From: Calditrichota bacterium
GTDB taxonomy: Bacteria; Caldisericota; Caldisericia; UBA6126
Reading direction: 5' to 3'
NCBI GenBank assembly: GCA_036725105.1
Contig: DAIMET010000003.1
Coordinates: forward strand, 13,461-77,460
DNA: 64,000 nt
The notes under the pieces were generated by a model, which worked only from the letters and a program-made list of their open reading frames with translations, ran no database searches and was not told the DNA's origin. Numbering within the stretch: position 1 is the stretch's first letter; the number at the start of each line of letters is the position of its first letter. The position numbers and the translations under genes were made by a program. This document shows, piece by piece, positions 54,918 to 64,000 of this stretch.

Positions 54918-57665
54918 ATGAAGAAGATCTTCAATTCGCGTCATACGATTATGACGGTTAGCTTTATTCTATTTATTTCTTCCTTCCTTCCTTCACATAC
55001 AGCTTTAGCAAATCACCAAAGCAATCAACTTTCACAAAAAGAAGTGCAATACATTTTAGAATTTCATGGACCTCCATTGATCGAATTTCCTACGAGTAAC
55101 ATTCCAGAAAACAACTCTAAAATGCAATCTTTAATCCGGCATCAACATACTCTTTTCCTGCAAGAATGCTTTAAAAGGAATCCAATACATCTATCCTTGG
55201 AGTTTGAATACTTTCATGTTTTAAATGGAATGGCTATTCGAACAAGCCCTGAAACAATCCAAGAAATACAAAACTCTCCTTATGTCAAAACAATCTACCT
55301 GGCACAAGAATATTATTTGCAAAGAGAAACCTCGGTTCCTAGCACGGGAGCTTCTTTTTGTTGGGAACAGAAAGATAGTACCGGGGAGTATTATAAAGGG
55401 CAAGGTGTACTCGTTGGTGTTATAGATACTGGAGTGGATTATTGGCATGGTGAACTTGGAGGTGGATTGGGTAAAACATGGAATGATCAATGGTATAAGG
55501 TTCGCTATGGTTATGATTTTTCCGAGATGAAATCCATTCCCTACTCTATTGGTTTAAGTAACCATGGAACACATGTTGCTGGAATTATTGCAGGAAACGG
55601 TGAAAATGGTATTGCTATTGGAAAAAATAATGCCTCAGGAGTAGCACCACGTGCATCACTTTGTGTATACAAAGTGTTTACCAATCAAAAAAATTCTACA
55701 GGTGAAGCTGCTTTATTGATGGCACTCGAACAAGCAATCTCAGATGGATGTGATGTAGTAAACCTAAGCCTAGGAAAGAATTATGGTTGGACCAATGATC
55801 CTTTGTCTTTAGCTTGTGATCGAGTATCAGAAGCTGGTATTTTAGTAGTCGCCTCAGCTGGTAATTCAGGAAATCGCAACCAACATTACAACCGATTTCC
55901 AGTTCATGCACCCGGGAGTAGTATACCTTCATTATCAGTAGCTGCTTCTGATGCGACTCCAAAAGATGGATTTTACTTCCAGATTTCAAATCAAACCAGA
56001 AGATTTGCCATAGGAAAAAAATTTGACTCCACACCAAATGCCTCTTCTGAAAACACAGAACTTGTATTTGTTGATGAAACAGAATTAAGCAGTCTAAAAC
56101 AGAGCCATTACCAAGGTAAAGCGATTATTGTATTCCAGTCTACACTTTCGTTAACAGATATTATTACAACCACTTCCAACTCTGGCATCCACTCACTTAT
56201 TGTAGTTCATACCAAAGACTATCCATCAACAGAGAAAATCTCTACAACACTTCAACCTGTCATGAGCGTTGCAAAAACAACAGGCACATTTTTACGTTCT
56301 TTGGTGGAAGATTCCAAAGAAATGCTTGAGATCCAGTATGCTTATGAAGAACCGGTACACACTATGGCTTCATTTTCATCGGAAGGACCAACACCTGATC
56401 TTATTTTAAAGCCTGAGATTACTGCTCCTGGAGTTCGAATTAATTCCACCCTTACAAACCATCAATTTGGTACAATGAGCGGTACTAGCATGTCAAGTCC
56501 TCATGTTGCAGGCGGAGCAGCTCTTCTAATCCAAAAACATCCCGACTGGAAACCTGCTGAAATTAAATCTTGCCTGATCAACTATTCTACACCAATTGTA
56601 AATCCATTAACTGGCGAATTATACTCGATCTATCAACAGGGCGGTGGTGAGATGAATTTGAAAAATTCATTTTCAGCATCCATATTAATGGATCCACCAA
56701 CACTATCTTTTGGTGCAGTCGAAAAAAACACAAGAAAATCATTCACACTGACAAACAAAGGCGCAAGTCTTCAGTCTATTGAGATACTATGTTCTTCTCC
56801 GCAGAAATTGAATGTCTCTGTCGTAGTATCTCCATACCGAGTAAGTGTGAAACCAAATGAATCTATCACTATTGAAATCACTCTTGAAATTCAAGAGGAT
56901 ACAATGGATGGTTTTTGTGAATTCTGGATAGAAGGTCGCGATGTTTCAGAAACTGTATTTCAGATCCCCTGTATTTTTCACCATGGTTCATTAGAAACAA
57001 TGGATGCAATCTTACACTCTTACATGTTCCCTAATCTTGCTTGTTCACCAAATTCCGATGGATACGGAGATGAAACCAATTATGTCTGTTTGAGTCCATA
57101 CAACATTGATGGAATCGAAATGGACCTGTTTGACAAAGATGACAAATTTATTCAAAACCTCTTCTATCACAGAGGTACTATTGGTGCAGGATATTATTCA
57201 GTACCATTTTTTGGAAAACATAATGGTGCTCCATTACCCGATGGTCTTTATTCAATTAAATCATATGCACTCCCAACTGGAAAAAATTACGAAAAAGTAA
57301 CGAATTGGGAGTTTGGTAAAGAATCAAAGGTTCTCATCGATACAAAACCTCCAAACTTATCTCTTGAGGCCCAATGGTTACAAAATGATACGATCAAAAT
57401 AACGGGACGAATTCAGGATGAAAACTCCGATTTTGGGATGTTTCTTTATTACGAACTGGACTATGACGATGGTTCAATTCTGTCTTTAAACGAAGATGGT
57501 TCGTTTGATCATACGATACAAATTCTACAAGAACACTGCTTTATTCGTTTTACAGCTCAAGATCTAGCTGGGAATCGTACTTCGATCAAGAAAAGAATAC
57601 CGAATGCAAGTTTTAGTATGGTTGTGACTTTTCCTATAAGTCATATAATAAACTTAGCTCTATAA
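54918..57665 (+). CDS. Secreted S8 subtilisin-like serine protease (paralogue of 6789-10073) with an I9-like propeptide, PA-like insert and FlgD-Ig-like C-terminal region
   Basis: A signal peptide is present. The triad blocks are GVIDTGVDYWH, HGTHVAGIIAG and GTSMSSPHVAGGAALL. There is no dockerin-like tail. Confidence 0.92.
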   Translation: MKKIFNSRHTIMTVSFILFISSFLPSHTALANHQSNQLSQKEVQYILEFHGPPLIEFPTSNIPENNSKMQSLIRHQHTLFLQECFKRNPIHLSLEFEYFHVLNGMAIRTSPETIQEIQNSPYVKTIYLAQEYYLQRETSVPSTGASFCWEQKDSTGEYYKGQGVLVGVIDTGVDYWHGELGGGLGKTWNDQWYKVRYGYDFSEMKSIPYSIGLSNHGTHVAGIIAGNGENGIAIGKNNASGVAPRASLCVYKVFTNQKNSTGEAALLMALEQAISDGCDVVNLSLGKNYGWTNDPLSLACDRVSEAGILVVASAGNSGNRNQHYNRFPVHAPGSSIPSLSVAASDATPKDGFYFQISNQTRRFAIGKKFDSTPNASSENTELVFVDETELSSLKQSHYQGKAIIVFQSTLSLTDIITTTSNSGIHSLIVVHTKDYPSTEKISTTLQPVMSVAKTTGTFLRSLVEDSKEMLEIQYAYEEPVHTMASFSSEGPTPDLILKPEITAPGVRINSTLTNHQFGTMSGTSMSSPHVAGGAALLIQKHPDWKPAEIKSCLINYSTPIVNPLTGELYSIYQQGGGEMNLKNSFSASILMDPPTLSFGAVEKNTRKSFTLTNKGASLQSIEILCSSPQKLNVSVVVSPYRVSVKPNESITIEITLEIQEDTMDGFCEFWIEGRDVSETVFQIPCIFHHGSLETMDAILHSYMFPNLACSPNSDGYGDETNYVCLSPYNIDGIEMDLFDKDDKFIQNLFYHRGTIGAGYYSVPFFGKHNGAPLPDGLYSIKSYALPTGKNYEKVTNWEFGKESKVLIDTKPPNLSLEAQWLQNDTIKITGRIQDENSDFGMFLYYELDYDDGSILSLNEDGSFDHTIQILQEHCFIRFTAQDLAGNRTSIKKRIPNASFSMVVTFPISHIINLAL

Positions 57666-57679
57666 GTAAAGGAGTTGTT

Positions 57680-58738
57680 ATGGGTGACAAAATTTTAATG
57701 AAGGGCGCCGAAGTTATCGGCGAAGCTGCTGTTAAAGCAGGTTGTAGACTTTTTTTTGGGTATCCAATTACACCTCAAAATGAAGCTCCAGCATATATGG
57801 CAAAGCGATTGCCTGAAGTTGGAGGCACATTTGTTCAAGCAGAAAGTGAAGTTGCTGCAATCAATATGTTGTACGGAGCCTCCGCTGCTGGACATCGTGT
57901 TATGACGAGTTCTTCAAGTCCTGGTATCAGTTTGATGATGGAAGGTATTTCCTATTGTGCAGGATCAGAACTCCCCATTGTTATTGTTAATGTTATGCGA
58001 GGAGGACCAGGACTTGGTGGTATTGGACCTTCTCAGTCTGATTATTTTCAATCTACAAAAGGCGGTGGGCATGGTGATTATCGGATGATTACCCTTGCAC
58101 CGACAAACTTGCAAGAACAAGCCGACCTTATGAAAACCGCTTTTGATTTAGCAGATTTATATCGTATTCCTGTTATGGTGTTAAGTGATGGATTATTAGG
58201 ACAAATCATGGAAGCTGTTGAATTTAACTTTGATATTGATCCAGCTTCCTTGCCAAACAAAGAATGGGCAGCAAATGGTCGCAAAAATCGCGAAAAGCAC
58301 TTAATCAATTCATTAGATCTTGATCTAGATGGCCTTGAACATCACAATGAAAAACTTCAAGCTCGATACAAGAAAATAGAGGAAAATGAAGTTTTGTGTG
58401 AAGATTTTCTAGTGGATGATGCGAAAATTGTCATTGTTGCTTATGGTACAACGGCTCGTATTGCAAAAACTGCCGTTGAAATGATGCGCGAAGAAGGATA
58501 TAAAGTTGGCTTGATTCGTCCTATTACTTTATGGCCTTTCCCAGTAAAGAACATTCAAAAATCTGTACAGAATTCTGCTACAGAATCTTTCTATGTTTTT
58601 GAAATGAATGCTGGTCAAATGCTTGAAGATGTTCAAATTGTTGTGAATGGGAAAAAACCAATTCGCTTCTTTGGTCGTATGGGCGGTAATGTCCCTAGTC
58701 CCATTGAACTCATTTCTAAAATCAAAGAAATCTATTAA
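57680..58738 (+). CDS. 2-oxoacid:ferredoxin oxidoreductase, alpha subunit (cluster 2)
   Basis: GYPITPQNE and TSSSSPGISLM are present. AAAGGAG lies upstream. Confidence 0.9.
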   Translation: MGDKILMKGAEVIGEAAVKAGCRLFFGYPITPQNEAPAYMAKRLPEVGGTFVQAESEVAAINMLYGASAAGHRVMTSSSSPGISLMMEGISYCAGSELPIVIVNVMRGGPGLGGIGPSQSDYFQSTKGGGHGDYRMITLAPTNLQEQADLMKTAFDLADLYRIPVMVLSDGLLGQIMEAVEFNFDIDPASLPNKEWAANGRKNREKHLINSLDLDLDGLEHHNEKLQARYKKIEENEVLCEDFLVDDAKIVIVAYGTTARIAKTAVEMMREEGYKVGLIRPITLWPFPVKNIQKSVQNSATESFYVFEMNAGQMLEDVQIVVNGKKPIRFFGRMGGNVPSPIELISKIKEIY

Positions 58739-58750
58739 GGGGGCGACAGA

Positions 58751-59503
58751 ATGAACGAAATGAAACAAATATTTAAAGTGACTCCCTTGCTATCCAAAAC
58801 AAAACGTTCGTATTGCCCGGGTTGTACACATGGAGTAATACATCGTTTAGTATGTGAAGTTATCGAAGAACTTGATCAGTATGAAAATTCTGTAATCGTG
58901 GTGCCTGTTGGATGTTCAACCCTTGCCATTCATTACTTTGAAATGGATACTGTACAAGCCGCACACGGCAGGGCACCAGCTGTAGCTACCGGAATGAAAA
59001 GAGCAATGCCCGATAAAACGATATTCACCTATCAAGGCGATGGAGATTTAGCCTCTATTGGAACTGCAGAAATTGTTCATGCAGCAACTCGAGGAGAAAA
59101 AATTACTACCATATTCGTAAACAACGGTATATACGGAATGACTGGTGGACAAATGGCTCCTACAACCCTGGAAGGATGGAAAACCGAAACTTCACCTTAT
59201 GGCCGAGATGTTAACAAAGAGGGTTATCCAATCCGTATTTGTGAAATGTTGAGCCAACTAAATGGACCTGCCTATATTGCTCGTACCAGTGTTCACAATC
59301 CTGCAAATATCGTTAAGACCAAGAAAGCCATCCGTAAAGCATTCAAAGCTCAACTGAACAATTTAGGTTTTTCACTGGTTGAAATTCTGTCGACTTGTCC
59401 CACCAATTGGGGTTTAAAACCAGTTGATTCTCTAAAAAGAATTGAAAACGAGACCATGAACTATTACCCCCTTGGTGAATTTAAAAGTGTGGAGGGTCTA
59501 TAA
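58751..59503 (+). CDS. 2-oxoacid:ferredoxin oxidoreductase, beta (TPP) subunit (cluster 2)
   Basis: YCPGCTHG, YQGDGDLASIG and YGMTGGQ are present. Confidence 0.9.
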   Translation: MNEMKQIFKVTPLLSKTKRSYCPGCTHGVIHRLVCEVIEELDQYENSVIVVPVGCSTLAIHYFEMDTVQAAHGRAPAVATGMKRAMPDKTIFTYQGDGDLASIGTAEIVHAATRGEKITTIFVNNGIYGMTGGQMAPTTLEGWKTETSPYGRDVNKEGYPIRICEMLSQLNGPAYIARTSVHNPANIVKTKKAIRKAFKAQLNNLGFSLVEILSTCPTNWGLKPVDSLKRIENETMNYYPLGEFKSVEGL

Positions 59504-60036
59504 TGAGATTTGAAGTTTGCGCTGCTGGATTTGGCGGTCAAGGAGTAATGGCCATTGGCCAGTTAATCTCTTATGCCGCTGTTGAAGAAAACCGATATGC
59601 CCTGTTTCTTCCTTCATATGGTCCTGAAATGCGAGGAGGAACTGCAAATTGTGTATGCATAGTGTCAGACCAAGAAATTGGATCCCCAATCGTACCTAAA
59701 AATGAGAGCGCAATTGTAATGAACACTCCCTCCTTTTTAAAATTTGAACCAACGATCGAGAAAAATGGAACACTGCTTGTAAATTCTGCGCTTATCAACG
59801 AGAAGTCTAAACGAGATGATATTGATGTACGATATATACCCGCCAATTATTTAGCTCAAGAAGCTGGAAACAAAATTGTTGCAAATATTGTTATGTTAGG
59901 AGCTCTATTAAAGCTAAAGAATTTTGCCAAAACTGAAACAATTCAAAGTGTAATCAAAGAAAAGTTTGCAGAAAAAGGCTCAAAAATTATTGATATGAAT
60001 ATGAAAGCCTTACAAATGGGGTTTGATGCAATATGA
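59503..60036 (+). CDS. 2-oxoacid:ferredoxin oxidoreductase, gamma subunit (cluster 2)
   Basis: AGFGGQGVMAIG...YGPEMRGG is present. It makes a 1-nt overlap with the beta subunit gene. Confidence 0.9.
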   Translation: MRFEVCAAGFGGQGVMAIGQLISYAAVEENRYALFLPSYGPEMRGGTANCVCIVSDQEIGSPIVPKNESAIVMNTPSFLKFEPTIEKNGTLLVNSALINEKSKRDDIDVRYIPANYLAQEAGNKIVANIVMLGALLKLKNFAKTETIQSVIKEKFAEKGSKIIDMNMKALQMGFDAI

Positions 60037-61151
60037 CAACATATCGAAAAGATCGGTTAAAAGAGATTTTTGAACAACTATTACGCTCTGATGGTGCTTC
60101 TAAAAATGAAAAAAATACAGTCGCCGTAGTTCAAAGTATACTTTCCGATCTTCCAGTGAACATTGTTCAAACTGCATCAAAATCAAAAACTCGACCTAAT
60201 CTCTATATTAAGCTACCAAAAAGGGGAGCCACAAGCTCCCCTCCCATTCTTCTTTCTGCGCACATGGATACAGTTGAACCAACTCCCAATATCTGCTTTA
60301 CATGTCAGAATGAACAATATACTACCGATGGGAATACAATCCTTGGTTCTGATGATAAAGCCGGAGTAGCTGCAATTATTGAGTGCCTTTTTTCTGTTCA
60401 TGAGTCCAACAAGCCCCACCCTGATATAGAAGTTGCCTTTACAGTAGAAGAAGAAATTGGACTTGAAGGAGCAAAGGATTTTGATACATCTCTGATTCAA
60501 GCAAAACAAGGTATTGTGATTGATGCAGATGGAGACCCGGGTATTATTATGTACGCAGGCCCTTCTCAGGTAGTGTTTGAAGTCAATATTCAAGGCAAAT
60601 CTGCTCATGCAGGTATGTCCCCAGAAGAAGGTAAAAGTGCAATCTTGTTTGCTAGCGAATGCATTTCTAAAATACCCTTTGGTAGGATTGATTCCGAAAC
60701 CACAACAAATATAGGGAAAATAGAAGGTGGAAAAGCTACAAATATTGTTGCTGAACACTGTTTCTTAAACGGTGAGATCCGATCCCACAATCCTTCGAAA
60801 CTAGAGATAGTAAAGCATCAGATAAAATCAATTTTCGAAAAAGGCTCTTTATATGGTTACAAAATTCAGTTTAAAGACCATTATGCCTATAAATCTTTTT
60901 CATTTCACCAAGATACTTCCATCATTCGGAAGATTTCTACTGCCATGGAAACCATTGGTCTAGATCCAGAGCTAAAAGTGTGTGGTGGCGGTTGCGATGC
61001 CAATGTCTTTAATGAAACAATACCTTCTATGGAATGTGTAAACCTTGCTTGTGGCATGACTGATGTACATACACATAAAGAAAGTATCTATTTCTCTGAT
61101 ATTGAGAAAATTACTGAGCTTTTGATTCAAGTTTGTACTATGGAAGGTTGA
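60033..61151 (+). CDS. M20-family metallopeptidase (peptidase T-like)
   Basis: SAHMDTV, GSDDKAGVAA, EEEIGLEGA and the HAG region are present. Confidence 0.8.
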   Translation: MTTYRKDRLKEIFEQLLRSDGASKNEKNTVAVVQSILSDLPVNIVQTASKSKTRPNLYIKLPKRGATSSPPILLSAHMDTVEPTPNICFTCQNEQYTTDGNTILGSDDKAGVAAIIECLFSVHESNKPHPDIEVAFTVEEEIGLEGAKDFDTSLIQAKQGIVIDADGDPGIIMYAGPSQVVFEVNIQGKSAHAGMSPEEGKSAILFASECISKIPFGRIDSETTTNIGKIEGGKATNIVAEHCFLNGEIRSHNPSKLEIVKHQIKSIFEKGSLYGYKIQFKDHYAYKSFSFHQDTSIIRKISTAMETIGLDPELKVCGGGCDANVFNETIPSMECVNLACGMTDVHTHKESIYFSDIEKITELLIQVCTMEG

Positions 61152-61155
61152 TAGC

Positions 61156-62040
61156 ATGCATGTTCTACTGTCGCATATGCTTCTTCATGCTCAAGAAAAC
61201 AAGTATGCTGTAGGTGCTTTTAATGTAAACAACTTCGAGTATGCTGATGCTTTTATAAAAGCAGCAGAAGAAACGAATTCACCTCTCATATTACAGTTTT
61301 CTCCTGGCGTTTTACGTACCTATCAAAACTCTTCTCTTATATCTGCCTGTGCCGCTATTGCTAATGAATCATCAGCACCTATTTGTCTCCATGTAGATCA
61401 TGCTAAGAACATTGCGGATATTCATCTTGCTCTATCTACAGGAGTTTTTCATTCTTTTATGATTGATGGGTCTGCACTTCCCCTTGAAGAAAATATTCAA
61501 CTCACAAACGAAACATCTGATCTTCTACACTCCAGCTTTCAATCGAAAGAAGAAAACATCTTTTCGATTGAAGCAGAAATAGGACACGTAGGAACATCCC
61601 AAAAAGAACCATCACACAGCACAACCCTTGAAGAAGTAAACCAATTCATAAATGCTACCCATGTTGATGCACTAGCCATATCAATTGGTAATATTCATGG
61701 AGAAAATGATCGAAATACAGAATTGGATATACCCTTACTTGCACGAATTCGTAACCATTGCTCCATTCCACTTGTCTTACATGGATCTTCGGGTATACGC
61801 CCCAATCAAGTACAACTGGCGATATCGAATGGCATCACCAAGGTCAATGTGAATACCTATTTTAAAAATGCTTTTACAGATACCATGTGCAAAAATTACG
61901 AAGAAAAAGGGAATCGATTCTTCAAAGAGTACAAGCTCTACCATCCTCCAATTCATGACACGTTGAAAGCAAAAGCAATTGAAATGGTTCAGCTACTGGG
62001 ATCTAACAATCAATCTACTAGCGTATTCTCTTCGCTCTAA
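61156..62040 (+). CDS. Class II ketose-bisphosphate (fructose/tagatose-1,6-bisphosphate) aldolase family protein
   Basis: AVGAFNVNNFE, LHVDHA, IGNIHG, LHGSSG and TKVNVNT are present. Confidence 0.85.
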   Translation: MHVLLSHMLLHAQENKYAVGAFNVNNFEYADAFIKAAEETNSPLILQFSPGVLRTYQNSSLISACAAIANESSAPICLHVDHAKNIADIHLALSTGVFHSFMIDGSALPLEENIQLTNETSDLLHSSFQSKEENIFSIEAEIGHVGTSQKEPSHSTTLEEVNQFINATHVDALAISIGNIHGENDRNTELDIPLLARIRNHCSIPLVLHGSSGIRPNQVQLAISNGITKVNVNTYFKNAFTDTMCKNYEEKGNRFFKEYKLYHPPIHDTLKAKAIEMVQLLGSNNQSTSVFSSL

Positions 62041-62042
62041 CC

Positions 62043-63269
62043 TTAGTCAATCGAAGAAAAATTCCATCGTTTCAATGACCACATCAGAGTAATATCATTG
62101 CTGTACTCTATTGGGTAGCGGTTTAACAGCAAGGTGTCAATCATAGTACAATATTGTATATAGCTACTTTCGTTATAACTTAGCCCAGAAAAAGTATAAA
62201 CACGTGGCATTTTTACAAACCAGCCATCTGTTGATGTGATTTGATCATTGGCATGGAAAAGCCATTGTTGACCATCTTTAAAGGCAGAGAATAAGTAGCG
62301 GTTTTGTTGATCCGGTTTGTCGATTTTTGATACATAAACAGCAACATCGGAAAAATATTCTGTTACATCTCCCATTTTGTCAGTACATTGTATAATGATT
62401 GGAACATCTATTCTTGCTGAAGCCCAATCAAAATGATTTGGATTTTCATAACCAGCATTTTTCATCATTCCAATCACTTGGTCAATAAGAATTTTGTGTT
62501 CGGATGAGGTGATTTCTCGATCGTTTTTGCTTACTTTATAATGTTTTGGCAAATAGTAATAGAGTTCTTCGCTAGAAGAAAGCCACGTAACTTCTTCTAT
62601 TTGTACGGTATGAGAACCCTGTTCGATGAAAGGAAGATCTGAATAGAAAAAAGGATTCCATATTTGCGCTGAAAAAAGCAGAGTTATTCCTTTTAATGTA
62701 TCTGGACTGCTTTTCTCCGGTAGCTCTGATTGTAAATGTTGCAAATAATAAGTGTAAAAGAGATATGGGGATGGATACAGAGGAGGATAGTCAATATAGC
62801 TATAAAAACCTTCTGATGAACCAATTTCTTCTAGACAAGGAGTATTAGACGCAATAGAAAAAATCCACAATTCAGATTTCTCAAATCGGATTCCGCTTAC
62901 ATGATAAGTACTTGTTTCTTTACCAAAGTTACACAATACTCGTATCTGTGGGAAATAATGAGCCTTCCAGTTCCCCCGATGGGATACAAGTAGTATGGGT
63001 AAAGAAACAGGGTATACTTTTGCGCTTTGAATCTTTTTGCCTTCTAAAGCTCTACTAGACTCAACAAATTCGCGTATGAGAGTAACGTCCTTTTCTAGAA
63101 GGTCATAGGAATCTGTTTTCACCCAACATTGCCTTGGAAGGAAAGAGTACAATTCCGAAAATGAGGAGGCACTATCTTTCACATCTTTTATTGGTTCTGT
63201 TGCAAAACTCACCTGTGAAAGGGAAAAAAACAACAATATAACCAACGATACTATCCATTTGTTCTTCAT
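62043..63269 (-). CDS. Orphan secreted protein (408 aa)
   Basis: The signal peptide is MKNKWIVSLVILLFFSLSQVSFA. I recognise no domain. The body is aromatic-rich. Confidence 0.55.
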   Translation of the reverse strand: MKNKWIVSLVILLFFSLSQVSFATEPIKDVKDSASSFSELYSFLPRQCWVKTDSYDLLEKDVTLIREFVESSRALEGKKIQSAKVYPVSLPILLVSHRGNWKAHYFPQIRVLCNFGKETSTYHVSGIRFEKSELWIFSIASNTPCLEEIGSSEGFYSYIDYPPLYPSPYLFYTYYLQHLQSELPEKSSPDTLKGITLLFSAQIWNPFFYSDLPFIEQGSHTVQIEEVTWLSSSEELYYYLPKHYKVSKNDREITSSEHKILIDQVIGMMKNAGYENPNHFDWASARIDVPIIIQCTDKMGDVTEYFSDVAVYVSKIDKPDQQNRYLFSAFKDGQQWLFHANDQITSTDGWFVKMPRVYTFSGLSYNESSYIQYCTMIDTLLLNRYPIEYSNDITLMWSLKRWNFSSID

Positions 63270-63453
63270 AACTGCTCCATTTCTTTTTGCATTGAACGAT
63301 CAAAAGAGTAGTACTTCCTATCTGTTGTACTGGTTTTTTGGAAAAAGTGCAAATCACAGATGAAAAAAAACAATGAATATCGACGAAAAAGATGTTTCCC
63401 TCATTGCAATATGAAACAAATTGTAGTATAAAATAGTGTGAAAATGGAGGGTT

Positions 63454-64000
63454 TTAATCCTTAAGTGGAGTAAGATCCTCTTTTTTTTTGTCCCGTTTAA
63501 AAATCTCCAAAGCCCTTTCTAAATCACCATGAAGATAAGACAAAATCATTCCATAATTCGTGAATGGTACTCCACTTTTTTTAGCCTTTCGAATGCGATG
63601 CTGAATCTCTTGTCGATTTAAAATACATCCTCCACAATGAATAATCAATCGATACTTCGTGATATCTTCCGGAAAATCGTGTCCTGAGTGAATGTCAAAG
63701 TGTAATTTTTTTCCTGTACATTCTCTCAAACCATTGGGTATTTGTTCTCGTCCAATATCATTACACACCGGATTGTGGGAGCAAGCTTCCAAAATAAGGA
63801 TTTGATCTCCTGTATCTAAACTAGGAATCACTTGAATACCTTCAACAAATGTATGTAAATCCCCTTTTAGCTTTGCTAAAAGTATGGAGAATCCTGTTAC
63901 TGGTATATCGGTCGGAACTATCGAAAAAACTTCTTTAAATGCTTGTGAATCTGTTACTACCAATGCTGGCTTTTCTTTTAAATTGCCAAGAACTTTTGGA
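63454..64000 (-). CDS. hydF: [FeFe]-hydrogenase maturation GTPase HydF, C-terminal part (5' end outside the window)
   Basis: The reading frame is open to base 64000. The C-terminal cluster-binding motif CSH...(46)...HCGGC is present, along with GMILSY. Confidence 0.8.
   Translation of the reverse strand, partial: PKVLGNLKEKPALVVTDSQAFKEVFSIVPTDIPVTGFSILLAKLKGDLHTFVEGIQVIPSLDTGDQILILEACSHNPVCNDIGREQIPNGLRECTGKKLHFDIHSGHDFPEDITKYRLIIHCGGCILNRQEIQHRIRKAKKSGVPFTNYGMILSYLHGDLERALEIFKRDKKKEDLTPLKD

Noticed and set aside
60213-60758. 181-aa minus-strand ORF
   Set aside because: It is antisense to the well-supported M20 peptidase gene. It has no ribosome-binding site and a Cys/Phe/Asn-rich, low-complexity translation. 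It is a shadow ORF. The same reasoning applies to 2548-2910, 16577-16939, 41801-42133, 46669-47022, 48657-48929 and 55696-56037.
63310-63339. Short hairpin plus a T6 tract on the plus strand
   Set aside because: The stem is only 5 bp, and there is no plus-strand gene upstream to terminate, since both flanking genes are on the minus strand.
63360-63431. 23-codon ORF (MKKNNEYRRKRCFPHCNMKQIVV) in the hydF / secreted-protein spacer
   Set aside because: It has no ribosome-binding site, is A-rich and low in complexity, and there is nothing to test for conservation. It is most likely a chance ORF in promoter DNA.
1-64000. Scanned for CRISPR repeats, tRNA/rRNA, IS elements/transposases, integrases, prophage genes and long direct or inverted repeats
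   Set aside because: I saw no periodic repeat array, no cloverleaf-like or rRNA-like segment, and no recombinase-like ORF. The only repeated content is protein-level paralogy: two subtilases, two oxidoreductase clusters, rnfA/rnfE, and the internal duplication in the SLH protein.

Overview
This is a gene-dense, low-GC window (about 62 protein genes, about 95% coding) from an anaerobic, Firmicutes/Clostridia-like bacterium. That placement rests on strong GGAGG ribosome-binding sites, valS-folC and mreBCD-minCDE synteny, and the presence of SLH, dockerin-like and copper-amine-oxidase-N 'stalk' domains. I saw no rRNA, tRNA, CRISPR array, transposase or integrase.

Contents in order:
- 1-5956 (+): Na+-type V/A-ATPase operon, ntpK(partial)-E-C-F-A-B-D.
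- 5999-10073: an RluB-like pseudouridine synthase (+) and a 1094-aa S8 subtilase with a dockerin-like tail (-).
- 10124-11484 (+): oxidative-stress trio of NUDIX hydrolase, desulfoferrodoxin and ferritin.
- 11510-13126 (+): a PQQ-like beta-propeller lipoprotein.
- 13294-15370 (+): two hairpin-bracketed accessory genes, an AAA/DUF234-type ATPase and a DEDDh exonuclease.
- 15.5-44.7 kb (-): a 29-kb co-directional block. It holds a four-subunit 2-oxoacid:ferredoxin oxidoreductase, an SbcC/SbcD-like pair with degenerate catalytic motifs fused onto the mreB-mreC-mreD-pbp2-minC-minD-minE operon, a Gx-transporter protein, ApbE, a 934-aa orphan membrane protein, rnfB-A-E-G-D-C, a zinc-ribbon membrane protein, folC, valS, trxB, two lipoproteins, and ytxH-like and DUF948 (ytxG-like) genes.
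- 45-53.4 kb (+): a cell-envelope cluster. It holds a 1221-aa protein with three central SLH repeats flanked by two ligand-less 5'-nucleotidase-like modules, an EB_dh/DOMON-like lipoprotein with a CX3CH motif, an NHL-propeller/stalk protein, and a translationally coupled trio of Cys-less rhodanese, 6-TM protein and TlpA-like thioredoxin.
- 53.4-64 kb: yqeY, a metallophosphoesterase, a second S8 subtilase, a second (three-subunit) 2-oxoacid:ferredoxin oxidoreductase, an M20 peptidase, a class II aldolase, an orphan secreted protein, and the 3' part of hydF.

The most unusual observations are the catalytically degenerate SbcCD-like pair coupled to minE, the giant orphan protein embedded between rnfB and apbE, and the envelope heme/thiol-redox-like cluster. 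All functional calls come from motif recognition by eye. No database search was run.
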